NCBI GenBank assembly: GCA_964442905.1 | Contig: CAYUBD010000001.1 | Coordinates: forward strand, 1 to 49,841 | Direction of reading: 5' to 3' | DNA: 49,841 nucleotides | Source: an uncultured archaeon | GTDB lineage: Archaea; Aenigmatarchaeota; Aenigmatarchaeia; QMZP01; JAFGSV01 | Part shown: positions 17,716-27,092 of the stretch, in pieces | Numbering within the stretch: the first letter of the stretch is position 1 | How the letters are laid out: the number at the start of each line of letters is the position of its first letter | The notes under the pieces: generated by a model | What the model was told of the DNA's origin: nothing | The model's database searches: none | The model's input: only the letters and a program-made list of their open reading frames with translations | Program-made: the position numbers and the translations under genes

Positions 17716-18159
17716 ATGGATACTGACGTATGTGTCGAAGAGGCGAAGAAGCTGGATAGTTCGGAGAGTGGAACCAGCAGGTTTGATTTTTCTAAACTGC
17801 CAAGATACGAGGGAATCACGCTGGAGGAGGCGGGAGCCATGCTATCAGACGAGAAGAAAAAGGTCGACACACTGGACAGGAGATACAGGGAAGGATGGAT
17901 TCTGAGGCACATGCCGCTGAAGACGAAGCACTACAACCAGCTTGAGGATTCAAACCTTGAAATAGGCAAGATTCGAAGAGGTCTCGAAGGCTCGCTTTAT
18001 GAAATTCCTTCTCTTATGAAAGAGGATTTGGAATCGCTGAAAACCCAGATAGACAGGATGGAGATTGAGTATGGCGGGAATGTGGAGATGAAGTTCAAAG
18101 ACGCACCCATTATTCCAAAGTACCTCTACATTCTAGGCACATGCTTTACGGGTAAATGA
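17716..18159 (+). CDS. Hypothetical acidic protein (147 aa)
   Basis: ORF. TATA-like CTTTATAAAG at about 17667 and AGGTG before the ATG at 17716. Confidence 0.45.
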   Translation: MDTDVCVEEAKKLDSSESGTSRFDFSKLPRYEGITLEEAGAMLSDEKKKVDTLDRRYREGWILRHMPLKTKHYNQLEDSNLEIGKIRRGLEGSLYEIPSLMKEDLESLKTQIDRMEIEYGGNVEMKFKDAPIIPKYLYILGTCFTGK

Positions 18160-18175
18160 TTAGGGAGGTGTGAAT

Positions 18176-18508
18176 ATGAATTATTCCGGATTAGATGTCA
18201 TGGAGAAAAACAAGGTTACGGGAGCAGGCGCTATCGGCCTTAACAGGGCTCATGATTATCTGGATGGGGAAATCCATCTCAACGGCGAGCTCAACCCGCT
18301 TTATACAGGACTTTGGAACACTCTCAGATATATGACACACACTAAGCAGGGATATAAAGAGTGGGGACGCGAAGGAGAAAGGGGAGGCCATTTATGGCGC
18401 ACTATGGAAGATGTCGCTACCACTATTAAAAGATTGAAAAGAGAAAAGGACGCAAAAATCACCGGTGAACTCCGCGAAGTCCTTCCCGGGCTCAGACTTT
18501 ACTGTTAA
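18176..18508 (+). CDS. Hypothetical protein (110 aa), tandem paralogue 1
   Basis: Strong SD (GGGAGGTG) before the ATG at 18176. Shares 'Y(L/I).GEI....L......LY.GL.NT..Y...H' with the next gene. Confidence 0.5.
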   Translation: MNYSGLDVMEKNKVTGAGAIGLNRAHDYLDGEIHLNGELNPLYTGLWNTLRYMTHTKQGYKEWGREGERGGHLWRTMEDVATTIKRLKREKDAKITGELREVLPGLRLYC

Positions 18509-18541
18509 TTTTTTAATTGACTTGAATTGGGAGATAATGAT

Positions 18542-18784
18542 ATGAAATACGGTCTAGGTACAGCAGATGGATTTAGCCTCGCTAAGAAATATATCAGTGG
18601 AGAGATTAGCGAGACTGAGTTAACAGATATCATAGGAAAGAGTCCCGAGAGACTCTACGAAGGCCTTTTGAACACGATGAACTATCTTAACGAACATGGA
18701 AACAATGGCGTCGTGAAGGAACTCGGCATGAAAGCAACTCTTGATAATTTCAAGCACAAGCAGGCCATTCCATCTTCCGTGTGA
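18542..18784 (+). CDS. Hypothetical protein (80 aa), tandem paralogue 2
   Basis: SD GGGAG before the ATG at 18542. Shares a motif with 18176-18508. Confidence 0.5.
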   Translation: MKYGLGTADGFSLAKKYISGEISETELTDIIGKSPERLYEGLLNTMNYLNEHGNNGVVKELGMKATLDNFKHKQAIPSSV

Positions 18785-18800
18785 GCCTGATTTTCCGCAT

Positions 18801-20078
18801 TTATCGTCTTTTTCGTCCTCTGAAACGGGGATTCGAGTCTGAACTAGAGTTACTTCGGCCTCTGCTGAAGTTCGGTCTTCTTCCCTGGCTTGAACTTCCG
18901 CCGCCTCCGCTGTATCCGGACCTTCTCGGACGCGACCCGTACGATGTCCTGTCACGTATGAACTGGACCTTTTGGAAATGTGGCATCTGCGCCTGTACGA
19001 TATCAAGGTCTTCTTCCCTGTTTATCCTTCTGAAGTTATCATGGTCCCTGTTCGTGAGAAGCGTTACGGCATTCCCGGCTTCGCCGGCTCTTGCCGTCCT
19101 GCCTATCCTGTGTATATAGTCCTTCCCTGTCTTCGGGGCGTCGTAATTGTATACATGCGTTATGTTCTTTATGTCCAGTCCCCTCGCTGCGACATCGGTG
19201 GCCACGAGTACGTCTATTTTCTCCTTCCTGAGCGATTCGAGCGACTTCTCCCTCATACTCTGCGACATGCCGCCGTGTATCTCCAATGCGTCTATTCCCT
19301 GCTTTCTTAGATTCTTGGCGACCGTGCCTGCTTCCTCCCTGGTTGCGCAGAACACCAAAGCCAGACCGGGCGTCGCATTCCTCAGAAGGTGCACCAGAAG
19401 AGGGAACTTGTCCCCCTGGTAGTGTATGTCGTAGTATGACTGCCTGAGCTTGCTGGTATCAACATATGACTGTGTCCGTATCATAGCGGGATTCTTCAGG
19501 TGCCTGTTCATTATTTCCTCTATATCATAAGATACGGTCGCGCTGAACATGAGCGTCTGCCTATCTCTGGGGACGTGCCTTATTATCTTCTCGACGTCAT
19601 CTATGAAACCCATATCCAGCATCCGGTCGGTCTCGTCAAGCACAAGGAACTTCACGTTCCTGAATGATATGGTTTCCCTGCTGAGGTGGTCAAGTATCCT
19701 TCCCGGTGTCCCGACCACGACGTTCGCTGTCCTTAAGTCCCTCATCTGCGGCTCTATGCCCACACCGCCGTATACGCTTATGACTTTCACTCCCAGCACG
19801 TTTCCGAAGTCCCTGAAAACGTCAGTCACCTGGACGCAGAGCTCCCTCGTAGGAGTAAGCACGAGAACCTGCAGGCCCTTCCCGGGATCTATCTTATCGA
19901 GAATGGGAAGAGCAAACGCCATGGTCTTACCTGAGCCGGTCTCTGCCTGGCCGACGACATCTTTTCCTTCAAGTATTAACGGTATAGTTTTTTGCTGTAT
20001 GTCCGTGGGCTCTTCAAATTGCAGTTCCCTGGATTTCTGGAGGAGCTTAGGATTTATATGCAGTTCTTCGAATTTCAT
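18801..20078 (-). CDS. DEAD-box RNA helicase with a C-terminal RG/RGG-rich tail
   Basis: Q motif 'FEEPTDIQ', motif I 'AETGSGKT', motif II 'DETD', 'SAT', and motif VI 'HRIGRTARAG'. Tail 'RRSGYSGGGGSSSQGRRPNFSRGR'. Confidence 0.92.
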   Translation of the reverse strand: MKFEELHINPKLLQKSRELQFEEPTDIQQKTIPLILEGKDVVGQAETGSGKTMAFALPILDKIDPGKGLQVLVLTPTRELCVQVTDVFRDFGNVLGVKVISVYGGVGIEPQMRDLRTANVVVGTPGRILDHLSRETISFRNVKFLVLDETDRMLDMGFIDDVEKIIRHVPRDRQTLMFSATVSYDIEEIMNRHLKNPAMIRTQSYVDTSKLRQSYYDIHYQGDKFPLLVHLLRNATPGLALVFCATREEAGTVAKNLRKQGIDALEIHGGMSQSMREKSLESLRKEKIDVLVATDVAARGLDIKNITHVYNYDAPKTGKDYIHRIGRTARAGEAGNAVTLLTNRDHDNFRRINREEDLDIVQAQMPHFQKVQFIRDRTSYGSRPRRSGYSGGGGSSSQGRRPNFSRGRSNSSSDSNPRFRGRKRR

Positions 20079-20104
20079 GTTATATCATTTCCCTGAAAAT
20101 AAGG

Positions 20105-20536
20105 CTAAGAGATTCCCACGACCTTGAACTTGAATGTCAGTGTTTTTCCTGCAAGAGGGTGGTTCATGTCAACGGTTGTTCCCTTTTCTGTAACCTTTAT
20201 CACCTTTGCCTCTATGTCTATTCCGTTCGGCATGTGCATTCCGATCATCATCCCGGCCTTTAACTCATTTCCCGGAGGCATGCTCTCTTTTGGTATCTGC
20301 CTTACAAGGAACGGCTTATGATCACCGTAAGCTTCTGACGGTTTCAGCGTCACTGTCTTTTCCTCACCGGCTTTCATGCCGACTACCTCATTATCAAATC
20401 CCGGAATCATCTGTCCTCCGCCCACCTTGAATTCCAGCGGCTCTCCGCCGTGCTTCTCGGTGCTGTCGAACACTTCACCATCTTCAAGCCTGCCTTCGTA
20501 TTCAACTTTCACCATGTCGCCTTTCTTTATAGTCAT
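20105..20536 (-). CDS. slyD: FKBP-type peptidyl-prolyl isomerase, SlyD-like (with IF insert, no His-rich tail)
   Basis: 'VKVEYEGRLEDGEVFDST ... FKVGGGQMIPGFDNEVVGMKAGE ... HPLAGKTLTFKFKV'. The start is set at the ATG at 20536. Confidence 0.8.
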   Translation of the reverse strand: MTIKKGDMVKVEYEGRLEDGEVFDSTEKHGGEPLEFKVGGGQMIPGFDNEVVGMKAGEEKTVTLKPSEAYGDHKPFLVRQIPKESMPPGNELKAGMMIGMHMPNGIDIEAKVIKVTEKGTTVDMNHPLAGKTLTFKFKVVGIS

Positions 20537-20591
20537 TCCATCAACCTTTATAGCACATAGGATGCATCCTTTATAAAACTTACAATAACGG

Positions 20592-21614
20592 TTATTTCCT
20601 TGTGCCGCTTCTGAAGAATTCATGCATCATGGCTGTGGTAAATCCTCTTATCATCGTCAGCGGCTCCCCTTTTACGGCGCCTAACCCGCGCGTGCATCCG
20701 TAGTAGCACGGCGTCCTGGTATAGCAGCGCCTTATCGGACAGCGCATTTTCTGCCTGATCTCGTTCCATTCCCTGTTTATGTCGATCTTCCTGAGATCGA
20801 AGAACGCCGGTAGCTCAAGGCAGGGGCTTAGCGTGCCTTCTGATGTTATCCTGAGCGAGTTAACGAATGCATCGCACGGACCTACGTCTTCCCCCCGCAG
20901 ATACCGCACGTTACCGTCGATAAATGCACCGTTTAAGGGTGACAATCTGTCACGCGTCTTTTCCATTTCCGCTATTATTTCTTCCATTTTCCTGTTATTT
21001 TTGAGGCTCAGGGATGCATCTGAGTCCGAAGCGTAATTCATCACATCATTGTAAGTATTGAAGGTCAATGCCAGCCCAAGCCTGTGGGCGAATCGCCTTA
21101 TATCATCGAGCTCCCTGTAGTTGATGCTGGTTATCGTGGCATGCAGGCCGCCCCTGAGGCCTTCATGTTCTGAAAGCGATCTTATGTTCTTCAGGACGGT
21201 TTCGAACCTGTCAACACCTCTTATCCGGGCGTATTTCTTCCTGTCAAGCGTATCGAGGCTGACAGTCACTGTAATCCTTCCTCGGGTGTTAAGCCTGTCC
21301 AGTTTCTTCAGTGTATTTTCGGACAAAAGTATCCCGTTTGTTATGACATTGATGTCAAATCCAAGTCCGTTGAGTATCCTTGTTACCTCAAAGAATTCCT
21401 TGTGTACGAGCGGCTCCCCGCCCTGAAGGAATACCGTATGGATGCCGAACTTCTTGAGGTCGGTGAAGACTTTCTTAATCTCAGGCAGCGTCATCTCCTT
21501 CTCCCGGCGCTTCCATATGCTGCACATGGCGCATCTGGAGTTGCACCTTGTTGTGACATCATAGACGCAGAGCGTAGGCTTCCCTGTAAAGATATTCAGA
21601 AGGCTTTTCCACAT
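20592..21614 (-). CDS. Radical SAM enzyme with a Cys-rich (SPASM/twitch-like) C-terminal region
   Basis: 'CNSRCAMC' CxxxCxxC motif, a 'GGEPL' SAM motif, and C-terminal Cys residues (CDAF...C...C..RC....C..GC). The start is set at the ATG at 21614, 26 nt downstream of the mbhN stop. Confidence 0.8.
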   Translation of the reverse strand: MWKSLLNIFTGKPTLCVYDVTTRCNSRCAMCSIWKRREKEMTLPEIKKVFTDLKKFGIHTVFLQGGEPLVHKEFFEVTRILNGLGFDINVITNGILLSENTLKKLDRLNTRGRITVTVSLDTLDRKKYARIRGVDRFETVLKNIRSLSEHEGLRGGLHATITSINYRELDDIRRFAHRLGLALTFNTYNDVMNYASDSDASLSLKNNRKMEEIIAEMEKTRDRLSPLNGAFIDGNVRYLRGEDVGPCDAFVNSLRITSEGTLSPCLELPAFFDLRKIDINREWNEIRQKMRCPIRRCYTRTPCYYGCTRGLGAVKGEPLTMIRGFTTAMMHEFFRSGTRK

Positions 21615-21640
21615 AGTATCACGTATTAGTAGGTGTGTAT

Positions 21641-22018
21641 TTAATCTTTCTTGTAATCCGCCAGAAGAAACTCGTCGGTGAACGTCAGGCACTTGACGGG
21701 GCAGACGTTGACGCATTCCCCGCAGAACGTGCACCTGGAGGGGTAGTATTTGATTTTCCTGGTCTTGGGGTCGAATACGACGGCATTCGCAGGGCATACC
21801 TTTACGCAGAGCTGGCAGCCTATGCACTTCTTCCTGTCGTAGGCTATCTTGCCCCGGAAGCCTTTCGGCAGATGGACTGGCGGATTCAGCTTTACTTTTC
21901 CTCTTTTGACATCCTTCAGCAGGGCATTTACGGACTTCGGTGCGTGCTTCGCCGGGAACTGGTTTGTGAAAGCTTTCCTGAATAGCTGCTTCAGAAGCTC
22001 GAATTGCATAGTAAGCAT
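21641..22018 (-). CDS. mbhN: Membrane-bound hydrogenase subunit MbhN (NuoI-like, 2x[4Fe-4S])
   Basis: 'CIGCQLCVKVCP' and 'CTFCGECVNVCP'. It is the last gene of the mbh array. Confidence 0.85.
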   Translation of the reverse strand: MLTMQFELLKQLFRKAFTNQFPAKHAPKSVNALLKDVKRGKVKLNPPVHLPKGFRGKIAYDRKKCIGCQLCVKVCPANAVVFDPKTRKIKYYPSRCTFCGECVNVCPVKCLTFTDEFLLADYKKD

Positions 22019-22019
22019 A

Positions 22020-23027
22020 TCACACCATCCTCAATAGCACATCGGCACTTACCAGCAGAAGCCCCAGAAGGGCTATGAGAGTCGTGTAGCCCCAGTATAC
22101 CTTGACCACCTGCGTAATCCTGAACCTCGCCAGAGCCACCCTTATGAAGGTCGAGCTGAGGAACACGACTACGAAAAGCTTGAAAAGGAAGAACAGCCCG
22201 TTGGCTGCCATCCAGAACACCGGATATCCCGATGTTAATACGAAAGCGGAAAGATCGAAGGGAAGGAACAGCGCTATGACCAGCGACCCCATTACAACCA
22301 TCTTGACAGCACTGGCAAGATAGAACAGCGCCAGGTTCCTTCCTGAATACTCCACCAGCAGGCCCCCTGCTATTTCTGTTTCAGCTTCAGCAGCGTCCAC
22401 CGGAATTATTCCAAGCTCACCGGTTGTCACGAATATAAGCACTATGAACAGCAGGAAAAGACCGGATGCACCGACCGGCCCTACAAGCGTCCATACATTA
22501 GCCCATGAAACGGCCCCAATATCGAATGCTGCTTCCATACCACCTGACATGGACATGAGCCATGCTATGGATATTATGGCTATCGCCAGCGGGAATTCGT
22601 AGCTTAACATTGCTATCATCTCCCTTTGGGCACCGACAGTTGCGTAGGGCGATGATGATGCGAAGCCGCCTATAACAAGTGCCAAAGACGGGAATATGAG
22701 CAGGTAAAGAATAACTATAAGGTCTCCGTAACCTCCCAGCAGTGATATTCCGAAGAGCGGGACGTACAGCAGCAGTAAAAGTGATGATGCAAGTGCAACG
22801 ACTGGCATCAGGTTGAATATCCATGCAACCGCATTCTTCGGTACAATGTTTTCTTTCATCAACAACTTTTTAACGTCTATGAATGGCTGCCTTAGCGGAG
22901 GGCCTACCCTTGCCTGCATCCTGGCCGCAAGCCTCCTGTCAATACCTTTGTAGAAGAGACCGAGTATTATGCCGACGGCAGCGAATCCCGGAATTAGCAT
23001 CAGATTCCACAGCAGCAGGTCAATCAT
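22020..23027 (-). CDS. mbhM: Membrane-bound hydrogenase subunit MbhM (NuoH-like)
   Basis: A polytopic membrane protein of 335 aa, positioned between the large subunit and the NuoI-like subunit. Confidence 0.85.
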   Translation of the reverse strand: MIDLLLWNLMLIPGFAAVGIILGLFYKGIDRRLAARMQARVGPPLRQPFIDVKKLLMKENIVPKNAVAWIFNLMPVVALASSLLLLLYVPLFGISLLGGYGDLIVILYLLIFPSLALVIGGFASSSPYATVGAQREMIAMLSYEFPLAIAIISIAWLMSMSGGMEAAFDIGAVSWANVWTLVGPVGASGLFLLFIVLIFVTTGELGIIPVDAAEAETEIAGGLLVEYSGRNLALFYLASAVKMVVMGSLVIALFLPFDLSAFVLTSGYPVFWMAANGLFFLFKLFVVVFLSSTFIRVALARFRITQVVKVYWGYTTLIALLGLLLVSADVLLRMV

Positions 23028-24270
23028 TTTTCAGCAACCTCCTGATTTCCTTGGTCTTTTCAACTGACAGCCTGTGAAGCATGTCCTGCGTAAGTATGCT
23101 GTTGCTCTTACCGGACACCACAGCCCTGTTGGTGCATGACATGCATGGGTCAATCGATGCTGCAATGATTGGTATGTCGGCAATCTGTTCCCCCATGAGC
23201 ATGGGTATCCATGCCATGATGTTGTTGTATGTCGGGGCTCTCACCTTCCACGAGTACGGCGAATCCTCGTCTACCATCTTTACATAATGGAATACCTCAC
23301 CCCTTGGTGCCTCAAGACGTCCTATTCCCTCGCCTTTGACATCCCTCAGGCCTGCAAGCACCTTCGGTATCTTCTCCTCGTAGGTTATCTTCCCTTCCGG
23401 CATCTGCTTCAGGCATTTGTCAATTATCTCTGCGGATTGCTTTACCTCAAGAAGCCTTGCTATCACGCGGTCATAGACGTCCCCGCGGATTTCACCTGTT
23501 ATTATGTCGGGTGTCATGATCTCAATGTCAAGGTCAGGATAAGCCGCGTATGACTCGTCAATCCTTACGTCCTTCTTCACTCCTGACGCCCTTGCCGTCG
23601 GACCTACTGCGCATGTTGCGAGTGCCTCCTTCTTCGTCAGTATACCAACGTCCCTTGTCCTTGATTTTATGACGGGGTCCTTCAGAAATATCTTGCCAAG
23701 CTTGTCAAAGCTCTTGACATAATAGTCAACGGTCTTCTTTACGGCCGGGAACTGCTTCTTGGTTATGTCCCTTCGTACGCCGCCTATGGTTATTATGGCC
23801 TTGGTTATCCTGTTTCCTGTGAGATACTCTATGGTATCGAGCACGTTCTCCCTGAGCTTCCATGTGTAGTGCAGGACAGAATCAAAGCCCAGCTCATGTG
23901 CTGCCACACCGGCCCATAGTACATGGGAGTGTATCCTTTCCAACTCCGCCATGATGGTCCTTATGTATCCTGCCCTTTCGGGAACCTCTATCTGTGCTAT
24001 GGACTCGACAGCCTTGGAGAAAGCAAGACTGTGGCAGATGTTGCATATGCCGCATATCCTCTCGGCAAGGAACAGTATCTGGATTGGATTCCTTCTTGTT
24101 CCTATCCATTCTATCCCTCTGTGAACCTGGCTCAATTCGAAGTCAACACCTGTGACTTTCTCACCTTCTATGGACATATTCAGCTTTACGGGCTCCTTGA
24201 GTGCAGGATGCACAGGCCCTATTGAGATCGAATATGAAGTATCGCATGCACCGAATGTATTTTTCCCCAT
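23020..24270 (-). CDS. mbhL: [NiFe] hydrogenase large subunit MbhL (group 4)
   Basis: Intact Ni-Fe ligand motifs 'RICGICNICH' and 'DPCMSCTNR', followed by a 34-aa C-terminal extension that is the substrate for an endopeptidase. Confidence 0.93.
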   Translation of the reverse strand: MGKNTFGACDTSYSISIGPVHPALKEPVKLNMSIEGEKVTGVDFELSQVHRGIEWIGTRRNPIQILFLAERICGICNICHSLAFSKAVESIAQIEVPERAGYIRTIMAELERIHSHVLWAGVAAHELGFDSVLHYTWKLRENVLDTIEYLTGNRITKAIITIGGVRRDITKKQFPAVKKTVDYYVKSFDKLGKIFLKDPVIKSRTRDVGILTKKEALATCAVGPTARASGVKKDVRIDESYAAYPDLDIEIMTPDIITGEIRGDVYDRVIARLLEVKQSAEIIDKCLKQMPEGKITYEEKIPKVLAGLRDVKGEGIGRLEAPRGEVFHYVKMVDEDSPYSWKVRAPTYNNIMAWIPMLMGEQIADIPIIAASIDPCMSCTNRAVVSGKSNSILTQDMLHRLSVEKTKEIRRLLKND

Positions 24271-24278
24271 AATATCAC

Positions 24279-24791
24279 CTAGTTTGTCCTCCTCACCAGC
24301 TTTTCCGGACCCTTCTCATCATTTCTCCACGGGAACACGCCCTTCGGGAAAGTTTCGTCCAGGAACAGCCTCCTGGAATCAGGTATGCCCTTTATCTTTA
24401 CTCCCAGCATCTCCTGCATCTCTCTCTCCGTTATCAGTGCACCGGGTATAATACCCGTTATGGTATCAACAACCGGATCCTTCTTCGGAAGATTCACCTT
24501 CATTGTCAGCACGATTTCTCCTGTCCTGTGGGCGTAATTGACGGTGAAATGGTAGTTGATGACAATATTCTTCCCGGCATCGTATCCGGAGCAGACCGAG
24601 AAGTGCGGATCCGGATATTGTTTGCATAGATGCCTGACAGCCTTCTTTAGCGCGGTCCTGTCGACTTCGAACCACACGCGCTTCAGGTGATTCGTATGCT
24701 TCATCTTGTGGGGTATCTTCTCAACCATACCTTTCCTCACTTTGGTCCCGAACTTGTTCTTGAAAGATTTCAAAACGCTTTCAGGCGTCAT
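24279..24791 (-). CDS. mbhK: Membrane-bound hydrogenase subunit MbhK (NuoC-like)
   Basis: NuoC-like fold and position. The start at 24791 forms an ATGA overlap with the mbhJ stop. Confidence 0.85.
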   Translation of the reverse strand: MTPESVLKSFKNKFGTKVRKGMVEKIPHKMKHTNHLKRVWFEVDRTALKKAVRHLCKQYPDPHFSVCSGYDAGKNIVINYHFTVNYAHRTGEIVLTMKVNLPKKDPVVDTITGIIPGALITEREMQEMLGVKIKGIPDSRRLFLDETFPKGVFPWRNDEKGPEKLVRRTN

Positions 24792-25216
24792 TTTTTCGCC
24801 TCCGCATCTTCCAGCTTCTTCCATGCCTTCACCACGCCGTCAATTATGGCCTCGGGCCTTGGCGGGCAGCCAGGCACATAGACATCCACAGGGACTATCC
24901 TGTCAACCGGGCCTACCAGATTATATGATTCATAGAACACACCACCGGTGCTCCCGCAGTTGCCTACGCACATAACGACCTTGGGATCAGGCGTCTGGTC
25001 GTAAACCCTTTTCAGCTTGTCCTTCATGTCCCTCGTCACCGGTCCTGTCACAAGCAGAACGTCAGCATGCCTTGGTGTTCCTACCAGCTTTATGCCGAAT
25101 CTCTCTACATCATATCTCGGAGTGAGTGCTGCCACTATCTCTATGTCGCATCCATTGCACGAACCTGTGTTGACATGGAAGGCCCACAATGACCTGTTGA
25201 GGTCCTTTATGCTCAT
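24788..25216 (-). CDS. mbhJ: [NiFe] hydrogenase small subunit MbhJ (NuoB-like)
   Basis: Four-Cys proximal cluster motif: 'GSCNGCDIE', 'GNCGSTGG' and 'GCPPRPE'. Confidence 0.9.
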   Translation of the reverse strand: MSIKDLNRSLWAFHVNTGSCNGCDIEIVAALTPRYDVERFGIKLVGTPRHADVLLVTGPVTRDMKDKLKRVYDQTPDPKVVMCVGNCGSTGGVFYESYNLVGPVDRIVPVDVYVPGCPPRPEAIIDGVVKAWKKLEDAEAKK

Positions 25217-25554
25217 GCCATGCCTCCAATCAGTATTACAGCCGCAACGATCACGATCAGCAGTACGAAAGAGTAAATGTAATCATTCACTATACCGGTA
25301 TGTAATCTCACCATCCATCTGTAATATTTTTTCATGGCCTCGAAGAAACCCCAGTACAGGTTGCCTGGATGTATATTCTTTTCCGGTGCCACCCCGCCTG
25401 AAAAGAATGGAACAGTCTGCTCTGTGCCTTTTTTGTACTTCTTCGTGCCTGTCGACCTTATCAGATATACAACTATGATTATGATTGCGGCTGCCGCCAG
25501 GAGCGCAAGGGGGCTCCACACTCCGGATACTGTCCTGAACATGATGTCTATCAT
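25213..25554 (-). CDS. mbhI: Membrane-bound hydrogenase subunit MbhI
   Basis: Small two-TM protein in the position of P. furiosus mbhI. It has 4-nt overlaps on both sides. Confidence 0.6.
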   Translation of the reverse strand: MIDIMFRTVSGVWSPLALLAAAAIIIIVVYLIRSTGTKKYKKGTEQTVPFFSGGVAPEKNIHPGNLYWGFFEAMKKYYRWMVRLHTGIVNDYIYSFVLLIVIVAAVILIGGMA

Positions 25555-27092
25555 ATTACCGCTCCTATGTATGCAGGCGTATTAATCAGTGCCTGTACAG
25601 CCGGCGCCACGACCATTTCCATTGCAAGATTCGGGAAAATACCGAACAGGAATATGAAGAATACCAGCACGCACATGGTGAATGCCATGCTCAGTGGAAG
25701 TGGCCTGACATGTCCCTTGTACGGCACTCCGAGGAAGACTGACGCGAATATCTTTACGAACAGTGCAAGCATCATTATGCTCCCGACTATGCCTATTATG
25801 GCCAGCATGGGATTGAGGTAATACACAGATTCATAGATGAGCAGCTTGCTTGCGAATCCATTCATCGGTGGCATGCCCGAAATTGCCAGCAGACCTATCA
25901 TGAACATCAGCGTCAGGAAAGCTGATCTGTGAGCAATCCCGCTGACATCGTCTAGATCCTCTTTCTTTGTTATGTACAGCAGACTGCCTGTCACAAGGAA
26001 TATCAGGCTGAGGTCGAGGATATCATTAAGCATGTGGAACACGCCTCCTGAAAATGCCTGAAGAGCAAATCCGCTGACATTGGGAAGAGCTGTCATGCCT
26101 GTTCCTACGCCAAGAAGCACATATCCTATTTCCGCAACAGCAGCATAACCTATCAGCCTTCTGAGATTCTTCTGCGGGATTGCCATTGTCACGCCCACAA
26201 AAACGGACAAAGCACCAAGGATTACCGCAAGCCACCCAAAAGTGCCGCTGAGAACAGGACCGAAGATTGTGAAGCATATCCTGAACAGGACGTACAGCGA
26301 CAGGATCGCTGTAGTAAGAAGCAGTACGGTAACCTGCGAGGGTGCCTGCTGGTATGCATCAGGCTTCCACATGTGCACAGGGAAAGAGCCGCTCTTGAGC
26401 AGCAGGGCCGAAGCCAGTAGTGACAGTGCAGCGACATCAAGGAATGAATACCTTATCACGACTTCACCTGCTATTGCGGCCATGTTGAGCAGGTGATACT
26501 TCCCGTAAAGAATACCAACGCCGAAAAGCAGGAAGAGTGCACCCACGGATGAGATGACTATGTACTTGAATGCAGCTTCAAGCGATTCCCCGGACCTGTG
26601 ATACGCTATAAGGCCGGCAGAAGCTATGGATGATATCTCAAGGAATACGAATAGTGTGAAGAAGTCCCCTGTGAGCGTAAGACCAATCATTGCGGCTGAA
26701 AGCAAAAGCAGTAACGTGTAGAACTTGTCAAGGCCCTCCTCCTCTTTCATGAACTTCCATGAATATACGGCGGCAAGGAATGCTATGCTTATTGCCAGGA
26801 GAGCGAACAGCGCAGAAAATGCGTCTGCAACTAGTATAATACGTATGGGGAATCCGAACGGCGATGTCAGGCTGGGAACCGATGCACCAAGCGTATATAC
26901 ATGCGTATTGCCAGCGAATACATCCTGAGCGAGCAGTATCATCACAAGTTCCGTGAATGCCAGCGAAAGTATTACCCAGAGGTTCCTTACCAATTTTCCC
27001 ACTTTCCCAACAAGCGGTGCAACGAATGCTGCCATCAGGGGTATGGCTATCGCGAGTGCAAGCGAGTGCTCAAGCAGAAAAGGCAGGCTCAT
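25551..27092 (-). CDS. mbhH: Membrane-bound hydrogenase subunit MbhH (MrpD/NuoL-M-N antiporter-like)
   Basis: 513-aa polytopic protein with the antiporter-like 'proton-conducting' fold. Confidence 0.85.
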   Translation of the reverse strand: MSLPFLLEHSLALAIAIPLMAAFVAPLVGKVGKLVRNLWVILSLAFTELVMILLAQDVFAGNTHVYTLGASVPSLTSPFGFPIRIILVADAFSALFALLAISIAFLAAVYSWKFMKEEEGLDKFYTLLLLLSAAMIGLTLTGDFFTLFVFLEISSIASAGLIAYHRSGESLEAAFKYIVISSVGALFLLFGVGILYGKYHLLNMAAIAGEVVIRYSFLDVAALSLLASALLLKSGSFPVHMWKPDAYQQAPSQVTVLLLTTAILSLYVLFRICFTIFGPVLSGTFGWLAVILGALSVFVGVTMAIPQKNLRRLIGYAAVAEIGYVLLGVGTGMTALPNVSGFALQAFSGGVFHMLNDILDLSLIFLVTGSLLYITKKEDLDDVSGIAHRSAFLTLMFMIGLLAISGMPPMNGFASKLLIYESVYYLNPMLAIIGIVGSIMMLALFVKIFASVFLGVPYKGHVRPLPLSMAFTMCVLVFFIFLFGIFPNLAMEMVVAPAVQALINTPAYIGAVI

